Assembly: GCA_951406725.2 (NCBI GenBank)
Contig: OX597815.1
Location: forward strand, 170,500,001-170,564,000
From: Octopus vulgaris
Lineage: Eukaryota
Direction of reading: 5' to 3'
DNA: 64,000 nt
Shown: piece by piece, positions 52,461 to 64,000 of the stretch
Layout of the letters: every line of letters begins with the position of its first letter
Position numbering within the stretch: position 1 is the first letter of the stretch
Made by a program: the position numbers and the translations under genes
Notes under the pieces: model-generated
Database searches by the model: none
The model's input: the letters and a program-made list of their open reading frames with translations, nothing else
Told to the model about the DNA's origin: nothing

Positions 52461-55026
52461 TCCATCATCATTGTCCTCATTTCTACAAATTTCACATGAC
52501 AGGGCATTACATTGCGATGATTTCTTTGCGAGTGTAGCTAATTTGTCCAATATTCTTATCGATGTGCTTAAAGTATTCATTTCTACCATAGAAACATTCA
52601 TAACTAATACATGAGTATTTTATCTGTATTGGATGCTAAATAAGTTGTTTAAATTAAATTATGTGTTTTTTTCTAGATCTACTGCTTCTATATGTTTGTT
52701 CTATATATTTTAGATTTTCTGTGTATTCATGACCTTTGGCCTTGTAGTTTATACAGGACTTTCAGACGAGGAATTCGGTAACTTTATAATGAAGTTACTT
52801 TTGCTTATTTCTCTTGTTTTTGCCAATCCAAGATCATGCTTTATTATGCTTTAACACTTTATGGTGGTGAGTACAGCAGGGTAAAGAAAAATTATTTATT
52901 TAGTGTTGTTGGTATAAAATGCTGCACACTACCTCATAGTTGTTAGAGACAATATAGAACTCACTAGTGATATTTAAAAGCATCGGTGAAGCTCGAAATC
53001 TGTGAATAAATACAACTTATTGACCCTTTAATCATCAGACGTATATCATTTAGGCATATATGGCTCAAGAGAATGAAAACATGGAGCAAATATTAATTAC
53101 GTTTCTACACAGTTCTGATACTATGCAAGAAATTTAGTCTTGACATATAAATCACTGTAATTTATCTAATTCTATTAAATGGAAATACAATCAGCGAGTT
53201 TATTTCACTGTAATTCTATTAGTTAATGTTATGGAGGTGAAACGTGATCAAACTAATGTGACACCAGCTGTATCCAAATTATGTAATGAAACAAATGTAT
53301 TTTATTCGTTTTGTCTTCGTCTTTGAATAAGTCACTATTAAGATACACAGTCTGTTTGGCGTCATATTGATAATGTTCAATAAATCTATCGGACATTATT
53401 TTTAATTTAGTACTTAAGGAGTATTTAACTACTCTGTATATTATTAACTACGATATTTTCACATTGCATCCCTTACATTGATTAAAATGATTTTAACAAT
53501 GGTTAGTGTCTGACATGATTTAAAGTATTTCACTTAGAATTTCCTACTGATATGCAGATTATCTTTTGTTCCTGAATACAAATTGTTCTCGATTGACTGC
53601 CATAAAATAATTATCTTGACTCAGAAATCGTAAGAATATTTTGGAAGCACTTACTCTGAGAGAATGTTTCAAGGTGCCAATCTCCTTTAAATATGCAATA
53701 TTCACACAAACTATAAATCTTGGCAACCTTAAGCGTCTTCTGTCTTCAAGTTATATTTCTGAAAATGGTTATCCCTTATATTTACACACTCAATATGGAA
53801 AAAGTGAAGATAGAATAGCACAAATGAGCAAGGCAACAGTATTAGGGAATCATAACTTATTATTTATTTGCCAATTTCCTTTTGATAAAAACGTAAATAT
53901 ATATTTGTCGTTCGATCATCCTTAAAGCAAAATGGAATAAAATTTTATGATTAAATAATGTTAATATGAAGATATATATAAAGCATAGGGAACAAACAAA
54001 ATCAGTATAATGTGTATTTATTTTGTTCTGTCCTGAATATATTTTTTTTATTAACGAGTCCATGTAGTTCAGTGGTCGTTAGGAAAACGAATTACAGTCA
54101 ATGTTCGTTTCGACAGAATAAAATTGTATTCGAAAAGCAAGAAATTAAACTGAGGCCCGAAAGATAAATTCACATAGAAAATTGTTAATGCAACCGTAAA
54201 TAAGGTATCTAAGGGCAACAAGTGGATATGCTGCCAGTCATCATTAAGACATCACTTTTTGAGAATACGTCAGTACTCTCAACAAACAAGATATATTTGA
54301 TATTCCATAAAATCGTTTTACACGCTTATCAAGAAGTAAGATTTATTTGCTGGTAGAAAAGCTTATCATTGCAGCATTAAACTTAATCCTACAAATGAAA
54401 GCAACGTATGCATATTGTACTACAGAGAAAAAAAGATCACCCGACAAATTTTACTCAAAGAAGACCTCATAAGTATCACAGAAAAAGAAAGACACTTTAA
54501 GAAGCAACTATTACAAATCCGAAAAACAATACGTCAACTGTCTAATGCACACAAATATATAAATTATGAAATGACTTCACATTAGGTATTCTTCATTTCA
54601 CCTTAATATATTTCCCTCATATCTTGCCTATTTCTCTGAAATCTCTATCAAATTTTCCCTTCTTTCTTTTTAACTACTGCTCGTCTCTCCTACTCCTTCC
54701 TCATTATTGATGGGCTGTTTCATCTCAGTTCAATGTAACATGTATGATCTCTGATTTGCAACAAGATATATATCTATTGAAACACAGGCTCATACGCACA
54801 CACGCACTCACTGTTTGATAGGGTGCGAGAATATGGCTAATATTCAAGGACGTTATGCAACAGTTGAATAACGAACGTAGAGGTTTTCATTTTTGATAAT
54901 TTAATAAAACACAGACAGAAAATGGGTCGTCATTGAATGATCAGCGCGAAACCCCTTGGTAGTGAACACATGTTGCTTTCTCTTTCTCTCTCAATATATA
55001 TATGTATATATATATATATGTATATG

Positions 55027-55093
<67 letters not shown>

Positions 55094-55186
55094 TTATATA
55101 TGAGGATAATATCGATATTTAAGTGTCGAAATTATCAAGTGGCCAGCATGAGAGAAATACCTTACAAAGGTAAAAAAAATTTTAAC

Positions 55187-55623
55187 AATTAAAAATGAGG
55201 GTGTCTAAAAGACACCAACATGCCGAAATAGCAAAAATTATTGAATAATTCAAGATCCAAGGATTTCTGGTTCTGCTTCAGATAAGCTTTACCGTCATCA
55301 ATTGAATATATCAAGGGTACATAAATACAGATATATATATGCACAGCAAACGATATACTTACATTGTAAGTATATGTAAGTATATCGTTTGCTGTGCATA
55401 TATATATCTGTATTTATGTACACTTCATATATTCAATTGATGACGGTAAAGCTTATCTAAAGCAGAACCAGAAATCCTTGGATCTTGAATTATTCAATAA
55501 TTTTTGCTTGTATGTTTTGTCCCTCCGCTTTACCTCATGGTGCGATATGAACATTTAACGTGGTACTATAGTCAGTGTTTCGACTGCTATTTCGGCATGT
55601 TGGTGTCTTTTAGACACCGTCAT

Positions 55624-55631
<8 letters not shown>
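55187..55631. repeat. 445-bp fold-back with an HHR-like motif in each arm
   Basis: Arms 55187-55364 and 55374-55631 are near-perfect inverted copies; right arm has 80 extra nt between TGCT microhomologies. Confidence 0.92.
55431..55490 (+). ncRNA. Type I hammerhead-like motif (C3U variant), mirrored at 55248-55307 (-)
   Basis: ATTCAA-TTGATGA-C-GGT..GCTT..AAGC..ACC-A-GAAA-TCC TT GGA-TC-TTGAAT. Confidence 0.6.
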
Positions 55632-55696
<65 letters not shown>

Positions 55697-55789
55697 TGCG
55701 TGTGTGCGTGTGTCTGTGTGAGTGCTAATGTGTGTACGTGCGTGTCTGTGTGTATGCCTGTACGTAGCCTGCTTTCGATGCGTGTGTAA

Positions 55790-55827
<38 letters not shown>

Positions 55828-55948
55828 ACTTGCACACACACTTCCACAATGACAAGTATATTTTTTCAGCAGCCTAGAAAGATATTCTAGTGCGTGGTGG
55901 TAGCATAGTGAGAAGGAAAATAGAAAATGGAAAGGAATGAGAAAAAGA

Positions 55949-55982
<34 letters not shown>

Positions 55983-56632
55983 GGTGGTGGTGGCTTTGGT
56001 GGTGGTGGTGATGCTAATAACGTCGACGAACGATAAAGGTAATGGCGATGAGGAAGATCATTATGATTATAGTGAATACGAGGATATTGATAGCTTTTGT
56101 TATTCAAGATAGCAGTAATGGAGGCGGCGATGTGTTTAACACAGTATCTTTTCACACAATCTTAAAGCTAAAGAATAGTCATGCTACAGCATGTCACCTT
56201 CTAAACTGTTTAATTTCTATCCATATGATTTAGTCACGATATATTTTGTCTAAAACGAATAAAGACTCCATGCTAATAAACTCCAACAAAAACACCTTTT
56301 CTTAACATTTAGAATTTTATGTAACGACAACAACACACACAGCTACAGCAACAACAACGGGAACAATAGCAACAATAACAACAAAACAACAACAATAACA
56401 ATAACGGGCACTCGGAACACAACCAATTTCGAGAAATGAGTCAAAGAAATCGAAATTGACATGAGAGCAAGCCCCCAAAACTTCTCTGTTGGGGACAGCT
56501 TGGATGTTGAATGTCTTTCACAATAGTTAACAACCAAGTATCAAAGCTTATAATGTGCAGGAAGAGACCTTGTGATACCTCTGACAACAGAATCAGCCAG
56601 AGCTAACAAGAACGAGCGCCCTGAAAATTAAA

Positions 56633-56680
56633 ATAATAATAAAAATGATGATGATGATGATGATGATGATAATAATAATG

Positions 56681-56720
<40 letters not shown>

Positions 56721-56777
56721 TAATAATAACAATGCTTAATTTAAAAATAGAAATCGTTATTATTATTATTATTATTA

Positions 56778-56823
<46 letters not shown>

Positions 56824-56847
56824 CATCATCATCATTTTTATTATTAT
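56633..56847. repeat. Inverted (AAT)n/(ATT)n microsatellite pair
   Basis: ATAATAATAAAAATGATGATG... mirrored by ...CATCATCATTTTTATTATTAT, with matching interruptions. Confidence 0.85.
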
Positions 56848-57130
56848 AGTGGTTAGAGCGTCGAGCTTACGATCGTGAGGTTGTGAGCTCGAATCCCGGA
56901 CCGGGCTGCGTGTTGTGTTCTTGAGCAAGACATTTTATTTCACGTTGCTCCAGTTCACTCAGCTGTAGAAATGAGTTGCGACGTCACAGGTGCCAAGCTG
57001 TATCAGCCCTTGCCTTTCCTTTGGACAACATCGGTGACGTGGAGAGGGAAGGCCAGTATGCATGGGCGACTGCTGGTCTTCCATAAAACAACCTTGCCCA
57101 GACTTGTGCCTTAGAGGGTAACTCATGGTC
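56848..57130 (+). mobile_element. SINE with family D-like head and CORE and a different 3' region
   Basis: AGTGGTTAGAGCG..CTCGAATCCC, TTCTTGAGCAAGACATTTTATTTCACGTTGCTCCAGTTCACTCAGCTG, then sequence unlike 42640-42813. Confidence 0.85.
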
Positions 57131-57194
57131 ATTATTATTATTAGTAGTAGTAGTAGTAGTAGTAGTAATAGTAGTAATAGTAGTAGTATGATTA

Positions 57195-57735
57195 TTGTAG
57201 ATATCGCACAGTATATAATACCGTAAGGTTGCTGATTGACGATATCGTGTCTAGCGGGGATTTGTACTGATTGTCAAGTCACAAGTCCTCAGACAGACAG
57301 TATTTTACGCAACATGCGTGCAATTCCAAGTAATGCCGACTTTTGCAATACATCTAGATTTTAGTGTATTTCTAAGGTTTTTAGATATTTTTTCAGATTA
57401 GGTGGTATTGAACGCAACGTTCCTATGACAATAGGGATAACCGTTATGTTCGACTCTCGTAACTGTCCCATATTATCGATCTCAACTTTTTCTCGTTTTT
57501 TCATGATGATGTGTTGATCTCCTGGCACTGCTACGTCGATTATTAGGCACTATTGTTTTTCCTTCCTAAAGCTTACTATATTCGGCGGTGCTATAAACTT
57601 TGTCTGTCTGGAAATCAAAGTCCCAGAGGATTTTTGCCTTCCTCTTTTCGGCCATTATCTTTTCCGGTGTATATTGGCACCAAATGCCTGTAACCGCATA
57701 CTTACGACATAGTCAACTCCAGTAACCACTAACTG
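57195..57735 (-). mobile_element. Dong/R4-like LINE 3' end (RLE domain)
   Basis: KILWDFDFQTDK...LIIDVAVPGD...LQKSALLGIARMLRKILSV*, followed by (TAC)n/(TAA)n. Confidence 0.88.
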
Positions 57736-59019
57736 GTATAGCAAATGGAAGCGTGACTAGAGAGGGTGGCAATATCAGTTGTAGCATTAGGTGAACGTTT
57801 TTGTCCATTATCACTTTGGTTAAACATACTTATGATCAGAGATTTTTAGCCAACCCGTTTTTCTTGCTACAGAGTACCAATATGTATTATATGCAATATA
57901 TCCACGTTTCCCAGACAATAATATGTGGTTTTGAAAGATATTTGATTGCTATTTCTATCATATCGAACAACTGCGTTGGAACCCATGTGTCGGCTGCTTT
58001 TAGTATTTTTCCCGGAGGGGAAATATAATAACAGCCTTAACGATAGTGCTGCAGATCAAGTACAAAATGAAACGGTTTTGTAGCAGTAAGAAACTTTAAA
58101 ATAGCGACGCGTGCGTTGAAGAATAAATTCATTCACCTTCCACATTCTTTCTACTTTAACGTAATGAAATACTGAAAAAATATTTTTTATACAGACTTAA
58201 TTTTACGCGGTTTCTCTATGAAATTGTGCAAATGTTATTCAAACCCATGTAAAAATCTTTGTAAAAAATGTAAAACTGCAAAGAAAAATCAAAACTCAAA
58301 GAAAATGCCTTCAGGAAAAATCGTGTTGATAAAACAATATGAAACGCAAGAAGCTGAAATATTTTGCAGTGTGTCACCAATTTTTTCGAGGTAATTTTCG
58401 TGCGATGATGGACAGACGTGGAGGAGGACCATTGTTCTGATATTGGCAAATCGGTAGTTCAAGTAACTAGCGCTCAGTATAATTATCGGTATAGGAGAAC
58501 TAATGTTATCATAGCGGATTTACTGATTTCCGTTTTGCTGAGAACAAAGCTGAGCCATGAGAAATTATATTATAAGCTGTAGCGATCCTTTGTATAACGT
58601 ACTTTACTAATATACTAAGTGATTTCTTATGTTTTGCCATTGAAACGATATTGAACATTTTCTCATTACATATATGGACAAAGTAATCTGTCGACTAAAT
58701 CAACTGAAAGTATGTCCTTATAAATTTCCTGAGACAAGTGCTATTAGATATAGGTTTTGTGGATTTTTATGAGATTATGAATGAAGGTATAGTGTACGCT
58801 AAATAAATAGTAGTGTTATGGGACTTACCTACCATTACTAAATGTACTGCATTACCTTGTGGTCTCTCATAGCGAAACTCGCATATATATTATTGACAAA
58901 TTGTTCCCAAGGGATTATGATTCCAATTCAGAGCCATACAATACTCCAACCGTGATCAGTTACTGGTCTTTCTGTTAAGTATGCATGTGACACACATTAA
59001 AGGATTGTTTTATAGAATA

Positions 59020-59230
59020 AGGTTTTCTGTCGCTACACGACACGAATATCCTAGATTAGATACTAGATTTGCCAAGCACTTCTATTATTTTTTTTGCCGA
59101 GGTTTTCTGAAAATAAATAAATACCTATCCCTTCGATTCACCAAAACTCGCTTGAAAAGGATGAAAAAAAAATACATTATCAAATGTCATAATACCGAAT
59201 GTTGATGAAATATTGTACTTGTCATTGTGA
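59020..59230 (+). mobile_element. Possible hAT transposase C-terminal remnant
   Basis: EYPRL...A..., CRGF and R..L arrangement resembles the hAT dimerisation domain. Confidence 0.3.
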
Positions 59231-59965
59231 TAATGAAAGTCACGCCTATGTGCGCACATTTTAATGTATGATGATAACATTAAGAATAACATGCCATAAT
59301 TATAGAAGCAGCAACTCTAATGTTACTTCTATTATAAAGTTGTTAAAAAGGGCTCTGTTATCAAAACAACAATCCTGAAAATAGGTTTATTGGCAAATTT
59401 TATGCATAAGTGTATCAATGTTACTATGATGAAGGTAGCAGTCACATGTTACAGATTCATGACAAATGTAAAGAAAATATATTTTAAAAGATACAATGAT
59501 ATTACAAAATGCATGACTAGAGTCATATGGCAGTGAGATGTTTTGCTTATTCTTTTTTCCCGAGTGATGACATTTTATTTTAAAATATTAGATTGAATAA
59601 AAACGAATAGGAAGAGTTAAAAGAACAGAGAAAAGGGAAGAAATAGAGGGTGGAGAGAGGTGACAGAAAGAAAGAGTTATATATAAATGAAAAATGTAAA
59701 AGTGAAAAAGAAAACGTAACAAATAATTGATGCTCATATGTGTATTTGCAATGGTACGCAATTCGGTAACACAAATATATTCATATATGAGAAAAAATTA
59801 ACAATATAGGGTTGAATCCAATATTTGAAACTTATTAAACGCAATGAAAAATACGTATGCACATTTTCACTCATTGTAATCAAGCAAAAAAGTTTAAAAC
59901 AATGTTCACATTATGTAAACTGAAACAGACATACGCATATACTCACACACATATACACATTCACT

Positions 59966-60031
<66 letters not shown>

Positions 60032-60094
60032 TATATACATAGCAAGGGAGAGTGAGAGCGAGAGAAAGAGAGAGAAAAAGAGATTGATTTAATA

Positions 60095-60320
<226 letters not shown>

Positions 60321-60324
60321 TGGA

Positions 60325-60522
60325 TGTCCTGCCTTCGAAGAAAATACAGGAGGATCAGTTAAATATGATTTTATTCAACATATTTCCCTCTCAGATTCAC
60401 ACGCTTGTTGCAACAGTCGTTCAAGTTTACTAAGCTCTGTAAAAGAACTCGGAATGTTGAGCCTACAATCAACCCTTTCCCGATACCCTTGAAAACAAGA
60501 ACATTTCAACACCCATCTCGTG
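60325..60522 (-). mobile_element. Mariner-derived MITE
   Basis: Minus strand [13 protein letters not shown] (mariner C-terminus); homologous to 34445-34635. Confidence 0.72.
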
Positions 60523-60570
60523 TGTTTATGTATGTATGTGTGTATGTATGTATGTGTGTGTGTGTATATA

Positions 60571-60795
60571 GTGGCTGTGTGGTAAGAAGCTTGTTTCCCA
60601 ACCACACGGTTCTGGATTCAGTCCCACTGCGTGGTACCTTGGGAAAGTGTCTTCTATAATAATCTCCTGGCCGACCAGAATCTTGTGCGTGGATCTGGTT
60701 GACGGTAACTGAAAGAACACCGTCGTATATGTATATATATATGTTTGTGTGTTTGTGTCTATGTATATCCTCCCATCATTTGGTTTGACAACTAT
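60571..60795 (+). mobile_element. SINE family A, 5' half
   Basis: GTGGCTGTGTGGTAAGAAGCTTG...ACCTTGGGAAAGTGTCTTCTA. Confidence 0.85.
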
Positions 60796-60974
60796 TGTGA
60801 TTTTAGTAGAGGAAACGATTATGGTTTAAGACGGTAAATCATGGTAAATGCAATTGTCTCTTAATGAGCAGGTTGTAAATAACGGTAGAAATACACACAC
60901 ATACACACACACGCACACACATGTATATAGATATTGATAGATGGGTAGGTAGGTCGGTAGGCAGATAGATGATG

Positions 60975-61010
<36 letters not shown>

Positions 61011-61187
61011 TACACATGCCCGGTCCTATGACGGTTCAAAGCATGTATACCAATCCATATCTGAATGACTGAGAGCAGCAAAAAATATATGTACATACAC
61101 AAACACGCACAAATACACATACAAACATGCATACATACATATATACATACATGCATGCATACATACATACATACATACATACATACA

Positions 61188-61219
<32 letters not shown>

Positions 61220-61841
61220 CACACAGAGCTACGTAGGTAGATAGAGGAAGAGATAGTTACATATATACCATCATATTTCATTTTTTTTGTTTGGTTTTCT
61301 AATTCATATAAAGTATTAAAGTATTTCTCCCGTTACTTACAACCTGCTTATTGATAGTCTATTGCATTTACCATAATTTACCTTCTAAAATCATAATCGT
61401 TACCTCTATTTTGTCAAATAACATATCCTTGAAATTAACGTATATGGAGCCGTGAGAGCGCATATGGCTGCATTTCAAATGTAATATTATATGAAGTATA
61501 AATTTTAATAAATATTCAATTATAGAGTATGCTAAATGAGTTCAATGTAGGTCTTATTTCTTTAGTTGGAGACTGACCTGGCCGGTTTTTAGTTTTCTTA
61601 GTTTCATCAGAGAAACGCAACTATTTTCTGTTCACGGATTGTTTAGCAGTAAATAGTTATGTATGGTGCCACCATTGCTAATGTTTACACAATTACGTAA
61701 ATTAGATTAATCAGATTAGCTCTGTCATATACGCATAATATGTGTAATATATATTCAATATATATGTATTATGCATACCATAGATATGTGTATAATAAAC
61801 GTAATAGTTAAAGCATATATGTCGTTGTTAAATCATATATT

Positions 61842-62072
61842 TATTTCTTTATTGTCACAGGGAGCTAAACAAAGAAGGCACAAACAAGGACAGACAAAGG
61901 GATTAAGTCGATTACATCAAACCCAGTGCGTAACTGGTACTTGTTTAATCAACCCCGAAAGAATGAAAGGCAAAGTTGACCTCGGCGGAATTTGAACTCA
62001 GAACATAACGGCAGACGAAATAGCGGTAAGCATTTCGCTCTGTGTGCTAACGACGCTGCAGGCTCGCTGCCC
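61842..62072 (-). mobile_element. SINE family B, full length with TSD
   Basis: Exact 16-bp TSD TGTTAAATCATATATT at 61826-61841 and 62073-62088; Meta-like CTTTGCCTTTCATTCTTTCGGGGTTGAT on the minus strand. Confidence 0.92.
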
Positions 62073-62748
62073 TGTTAAATCATATATTATGCACTGTATT
62101 GTATTTTGTTATGTGTGTTCCTCTGGTCCGCGAGACAATTTTTTTGCAGGAAACCAATTCATTGTATAAGAGAGGTCGAGAACTGCTACTATAAGCCACA
62201 AATCTATTCGTGGAGAGAAAGTTGCGTAGTATATCAATAAAGATTAGTCAGTAAGTCCTAACCATGTTGCCCACTATGCGATAGAAACCTGCAAAATATA
62301 AACATTGTATTTAATTTTCAGATTGACACAGAAGTTAGTTTTATATTGAAAGTTTTTAAATTGTCAAATTATATACCATATTTTACATTGTTACAATATC
62401 GCATTACGAGAGATGCTTCCAATCAGATATTTATTCGAATAGTAAATTTAAAATAAATAGATGGATTAGCAAAAAGAATGAGAGTAAGTAAAGGGAGAAA
62501 ATGGAAAAAGATAAGAGTAAAGCAAAAGATGCTAACAAATATTAATACACAGAATTGAAAATATGAGAATAAATCAGATAATTTATAGCTTTTTAATATT
62601 ATGAAAATGTAATTACGTACGACTTCATTTCTGATTTTAAAACAACATATTAAAATATTGCTAAAAAAAATTTAAATGTGTTAATTTAGCAAATTATTAC
62701 TGACGCATACACAGAACATATATAAACATTCGCATATACATACATTTA

Positions 62749-62792
<44 letters not shown>

Positions 62793-62843
62793 TGATTGCA
62801 AATGTATATATATATATATATATATATATGCGCATTTTGTACG

Positions 62844-62879
<36 letters not shown>

Positions 62880-62891
62880 TTGATTTTTACA

Positions 62892-62995
<104 letters not shown>

Positions 62996-63032
62996 AGAGA
63001 GAATCTATGTAGTGTTCATTTATATATGTGAA

Positions 63033-63190
63033 TATGGCTCTGTGGTTAACTTAAGAATTTCGCTTGGTATCAGAAATGATTTGGGTTCAGTCCCTGAGAA
63101 TGTTGCCTTCAGCAACAATCTTAAACGTAGTTCTGGGACAATAAATGCCTTGTGAGCATACGGATGTTCTGCAGAAGCCACTCATATTCT
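63033..63190 (+). mobile_element. Old SINE family A 5' fragment
   Basis: GGCTCTGTGG...GGGTTCAGTCCC...GCCTTGTGAG. Confidence 0.5.
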
Positions 63191-63907
63191 AGAGATGAAA
63201 TGTATAAAAGAAAGAGACGAGTTTATTGCATGGAAAGAAGACACTCCTGGACACGTGTTTCTGCTTCACTAACTCTCGAGCCACAAGCAAGTTATACATA
63301 GATTTAAATTCATCAGTGGAGCATATATAGGAAATCTAGTTGTAGATCCAAATCACTCACACATATATGGTACTGCAAAAAATATTGTATTTATTCACCG
63401 CAGAAATAATACATAAGAAGGTATGTTAGACTGACTATTTAGCACTCTTGAGATGAATACATAGCTTAATAGCTTATAGAAATACTGTTAAATAGAAAAA
63501 TAAACTTATGGTAGTTGATTGTAACCTCTCGAATTATTGAATTATACAGAGAAAGCTACATAGAAATTATATTATTAATATCATCAAATACCAGATAGTG
63601 AAGTTCTGAAACACGATAAATGTTACTTGGTCAAAAGCAATAAAAATCCGAACAGATGATGTTTAAACATATTAAAATTAATATTATTGTCTGTTTATAA
63701 AAGAACCAAATGGTAACTAAGGTAATGCTTAGAAGAATGTTTCCAAAAAGTTTCAAGAAGTTTAAATCCATTCAGTAAACGATTATGAGGTGATTAAGTG
63801 AAAGAAACTCTTCTCTAAAATACGTTGATCACGAAGATTGATACATTTGATCACGAAGATTCATACATTCATTTAGAACTTATTTTGTCAATATTTGACC
63901 TCATCGA

Positions 63908-64000
63908 GGCGGGGAGCTGGCAGAATCCTTAGTGCTATTTCGTCTGTCTTTACGTTCTGAGTTCAAATTCCGCCGAGGTCGACTTTGCCTGTCATCCTTT
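63908..64000 (+). mobile_element. SINE family B, cut by the window end
   Basis: GAGCTGGCAGAA...GAGTTCAAATTCCGCCGAGGTCGACTTTGCCTGTCATCCTTT. Confidence 0.9.

Noticed and set aside
52714-52777. Candidate 64-nt exon IFCVFMTFGLVVYTGLSDEEF (hydrophobic)
   Set aside because: Splice signals are plausible but it is isolated and unrecognised; hydrophobic frames are common in T-rich DNA.
54928-54968. HHR-like TTGAATGA...GAAACC CCTT GGTA; also a weak candidate near 48820-48855
   Set aside because: Core and stem II do not fit the consensus; at best dead remnants.
63825-63868. Short tandem duplications here and at 24147-24195, 42033-42087 and 42456-42488
   Set aside because: Ordinary slippage duplications with no shared unit sequence.

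Overview
AT-rich eukaryotic DNA that is dense in microsatellites and essentially non-coding (intronic or intergenic). The tRNA-headed SINE families strongly resemble those of octopus (Octopodidae); this is recognition from memory, not a database result. Almost all ORFs in the supplied track are translated microsatellites or decayed transposons. The window holds at least four SINE families, R4/Dong-like and RTE-like LINE remnants, Penelope-like (PLE) RT and GIY-YIG fragments, mariner/Tc1/rosa DNA transposon derivatives and MITEs, plus two candidate host exons (3584-3710 and 7527-7562). The most notable signal is a set of about 11 type I hammerhead-ribozyme (HHR) motifs, intact or degenerate, in at least three PLE-related repeat families. 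One family places a tRNA-like Pol III promoter directly upstream of the ribozyme in its terminal repeat. Another carries a recurrent non-canonical CUGUNGA core and ends in (TA)n. There are also recurring fold-back palindromes, an R4-like LINE associated with (CATA)n, a fold-back mariner derivative present twice, and SINE heads paired with alternative tails. All calls were made by eye and repeat boundaries are approximate.
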